Source: Macrostomum lignano (Eukaryota). From it: DNA of 64,000 nucleotides. The DNA lies in NCBI GenBank assembly GCA_002269645.1, contig NIVC01002271.1:124103-188102 (forward strand), given 5' to 3'. The notes under the pieces were generated by a model. It did no database searches. It saw nothing but the letters and a program-made list of their open reading frames with translations, and was not told the origin of the DNA. Position numbers and translations under genes: made by a program. Positions 62,545 to 64,000 of this stretch are shown one piece after another. Numbering within the stretch: position 1 is the first letter of the stretch; every line of letters begins with the position of its first letter.

Positions 62545-63164
62545 CTGACTGACCCTGGCACCCGTACCGGCGTGTTTCGCTAATCGGCGCGCTTCGTCGG
62601 CGCGCTCTATACGGCGCCGAATTTTGCGCAGAGCGCGCGGTTCAATCGGTCGAAGTGGCTGAGGCGTGTGCGGATACTCGCGCTGGCGATGATCTGCGCG
62701 AGTTTATAAATGCGTGCCGTTTTATTTATTAACTACCGATATGTTGCGCTGACTAATTAAATTTATACAGCTTAATGGTGAACATAAGCTGTATAAGAGT
62801 CTGCGACTCTGAAACGACTCTGGGGCCGCAGAGTCAGATCTGGGACGCACCTAAGTCGCAGCAGAATCACTGAGTTGCGTCTGAAGCGCATCTGCGTCAC
62901 TTCATGAATTTGAATCGCAAATTGCATTTATAACAACTCTATTTAGTCTACTTGAGTTAGTAGAAAGTGAAGCGCCAGCACAACTACTCTTGGATGACAT
63001 TTTTCATGACTATTTTATAATTCTGCAGCTCACGTGATGCGCCCATGACTCAACAGTCGCCTCTGTCGCATTGCAGTCGTTTGAGTAGAGTCGCTAGAGT
63101 CACTAGTGAGCAGTTTGCAATGACTCTTTAGCGATTCTTGTCAGGGTAACGTTTTCAAATGGGA

Positions 63165-64000
63165 GGGTACACAATAACCTACTGCAATATCACGTGACAG
63201 GGTACACAATAACCTACTACAACACCAGAGGATAAAGTACACAATAACCTACTACAACACCAGAGGATAAAGTACACAATAACCTACTACAACACCAGGG
63301 GATAAAGTACACAATAACCTACTACAACACCAGAGGATAAAGTACACAATAACCTACTACAACACCAGAGGATAAAGTACACAATAACCTACTACAACAC
63401 CAGAGGATAAAGTACACAATAACCTACTACAACACCAGGGGATAAAGTACACAATAACCTACTACAACACCAGGGGATAAAGTACACAATAACCTACTAC
63501 AACACCAGGGATAAAGTACACAATAACCTACCACAACACCAGGGAATAAAGTACACAATAACCTACTACAACACCAGGGGATAAAGTACACAATAACCTA
63601 CTACAACACCAGGGGATAAAGTACACAATAACCTACACAACACCAGGGGATAAAGACACAATAACCTACACAACATCAGGGATAAAGCACACAATAACCT
63701 ACCACAACATCAGGGGATAAAGCACACAATAACTACCACAACATCAGGGATAAAGTACACAATAACCTACTACAACATCAGGGGATAAAGCACACAATAA
63801 CCTACTACACACACCAGGGGATAAAGTACACAATAACCTACCACAACATCAGGGGATAAAGTACACAATAACCTACCAACAACACCAGGGATAAAGTACA
63901 CAATAACCTACCACAACACCAGGGGATAAAGTACACAATAACCTACCACAACATCAGGGGATAAAGCACACAATAAACCTACCACAACATAAGGGATAAA
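63165..64000. repeat. 35-bp minisatellite (GATAAAGTACACAATAACCTACTACAACACCAGAG)n, runs off the window end
   Basis: About 23 units, more degenerate toward the end. Confidence 0.95.

Noticed and set aside
63030-63200. Two TCACGTGA E-box/CLEAR-like motifs upstream of the SLC4-like gene
   Set aside because: Short motifs that also occur elsewhere (about 5416); transcription start unknown, so no support for function.

Overview
Eukaryotic, repeat-rich genomic DNA with GT-AG introns, about 25 tandem arrays, retroelements and no prokaryotic features. The very high minisatellite load suggests an invertebrate such as a free-living flatworm (Macrostomum-like); this is inference only. Host genes: a partial divergent SLC9/NHE-like gene (minus), an intact six-exon otopetrin proton channel (7652-11819, plus), a coiled-coil protein with FIP-RBD-like C-terminal motifs (minus), a second otopetrin that is a pseudogene broken by a Gypsy element (minus), an intronless divergent TRPV-like channel (minus), two paralogous secreted peptide precursors (47924 and 51074, plus) and a divergent SLC4-like transporter (minus). 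Mobile elements: a full-length RNase H-bearing non-LTR retrotransposon (18187-24080, 12-bp TSD), a decayed Gypsy element with only its 5' LTR, and a tRNA-derived SINE. The two strongest discoveries are (1) an HDV-like double-pseudoknot ribozyme fold whose predicted cleavage site falls on the first base of the LINE and (2) a pair of KR-released, single-disulfide peptides sharing GPExMxxRxxxCxxYRxHNWxxPxxxxC that I cannot assign to a known family. Most long ORFs in the supplied track are artefacts of tandem repeats. All coordinates and alignments were made by eye.
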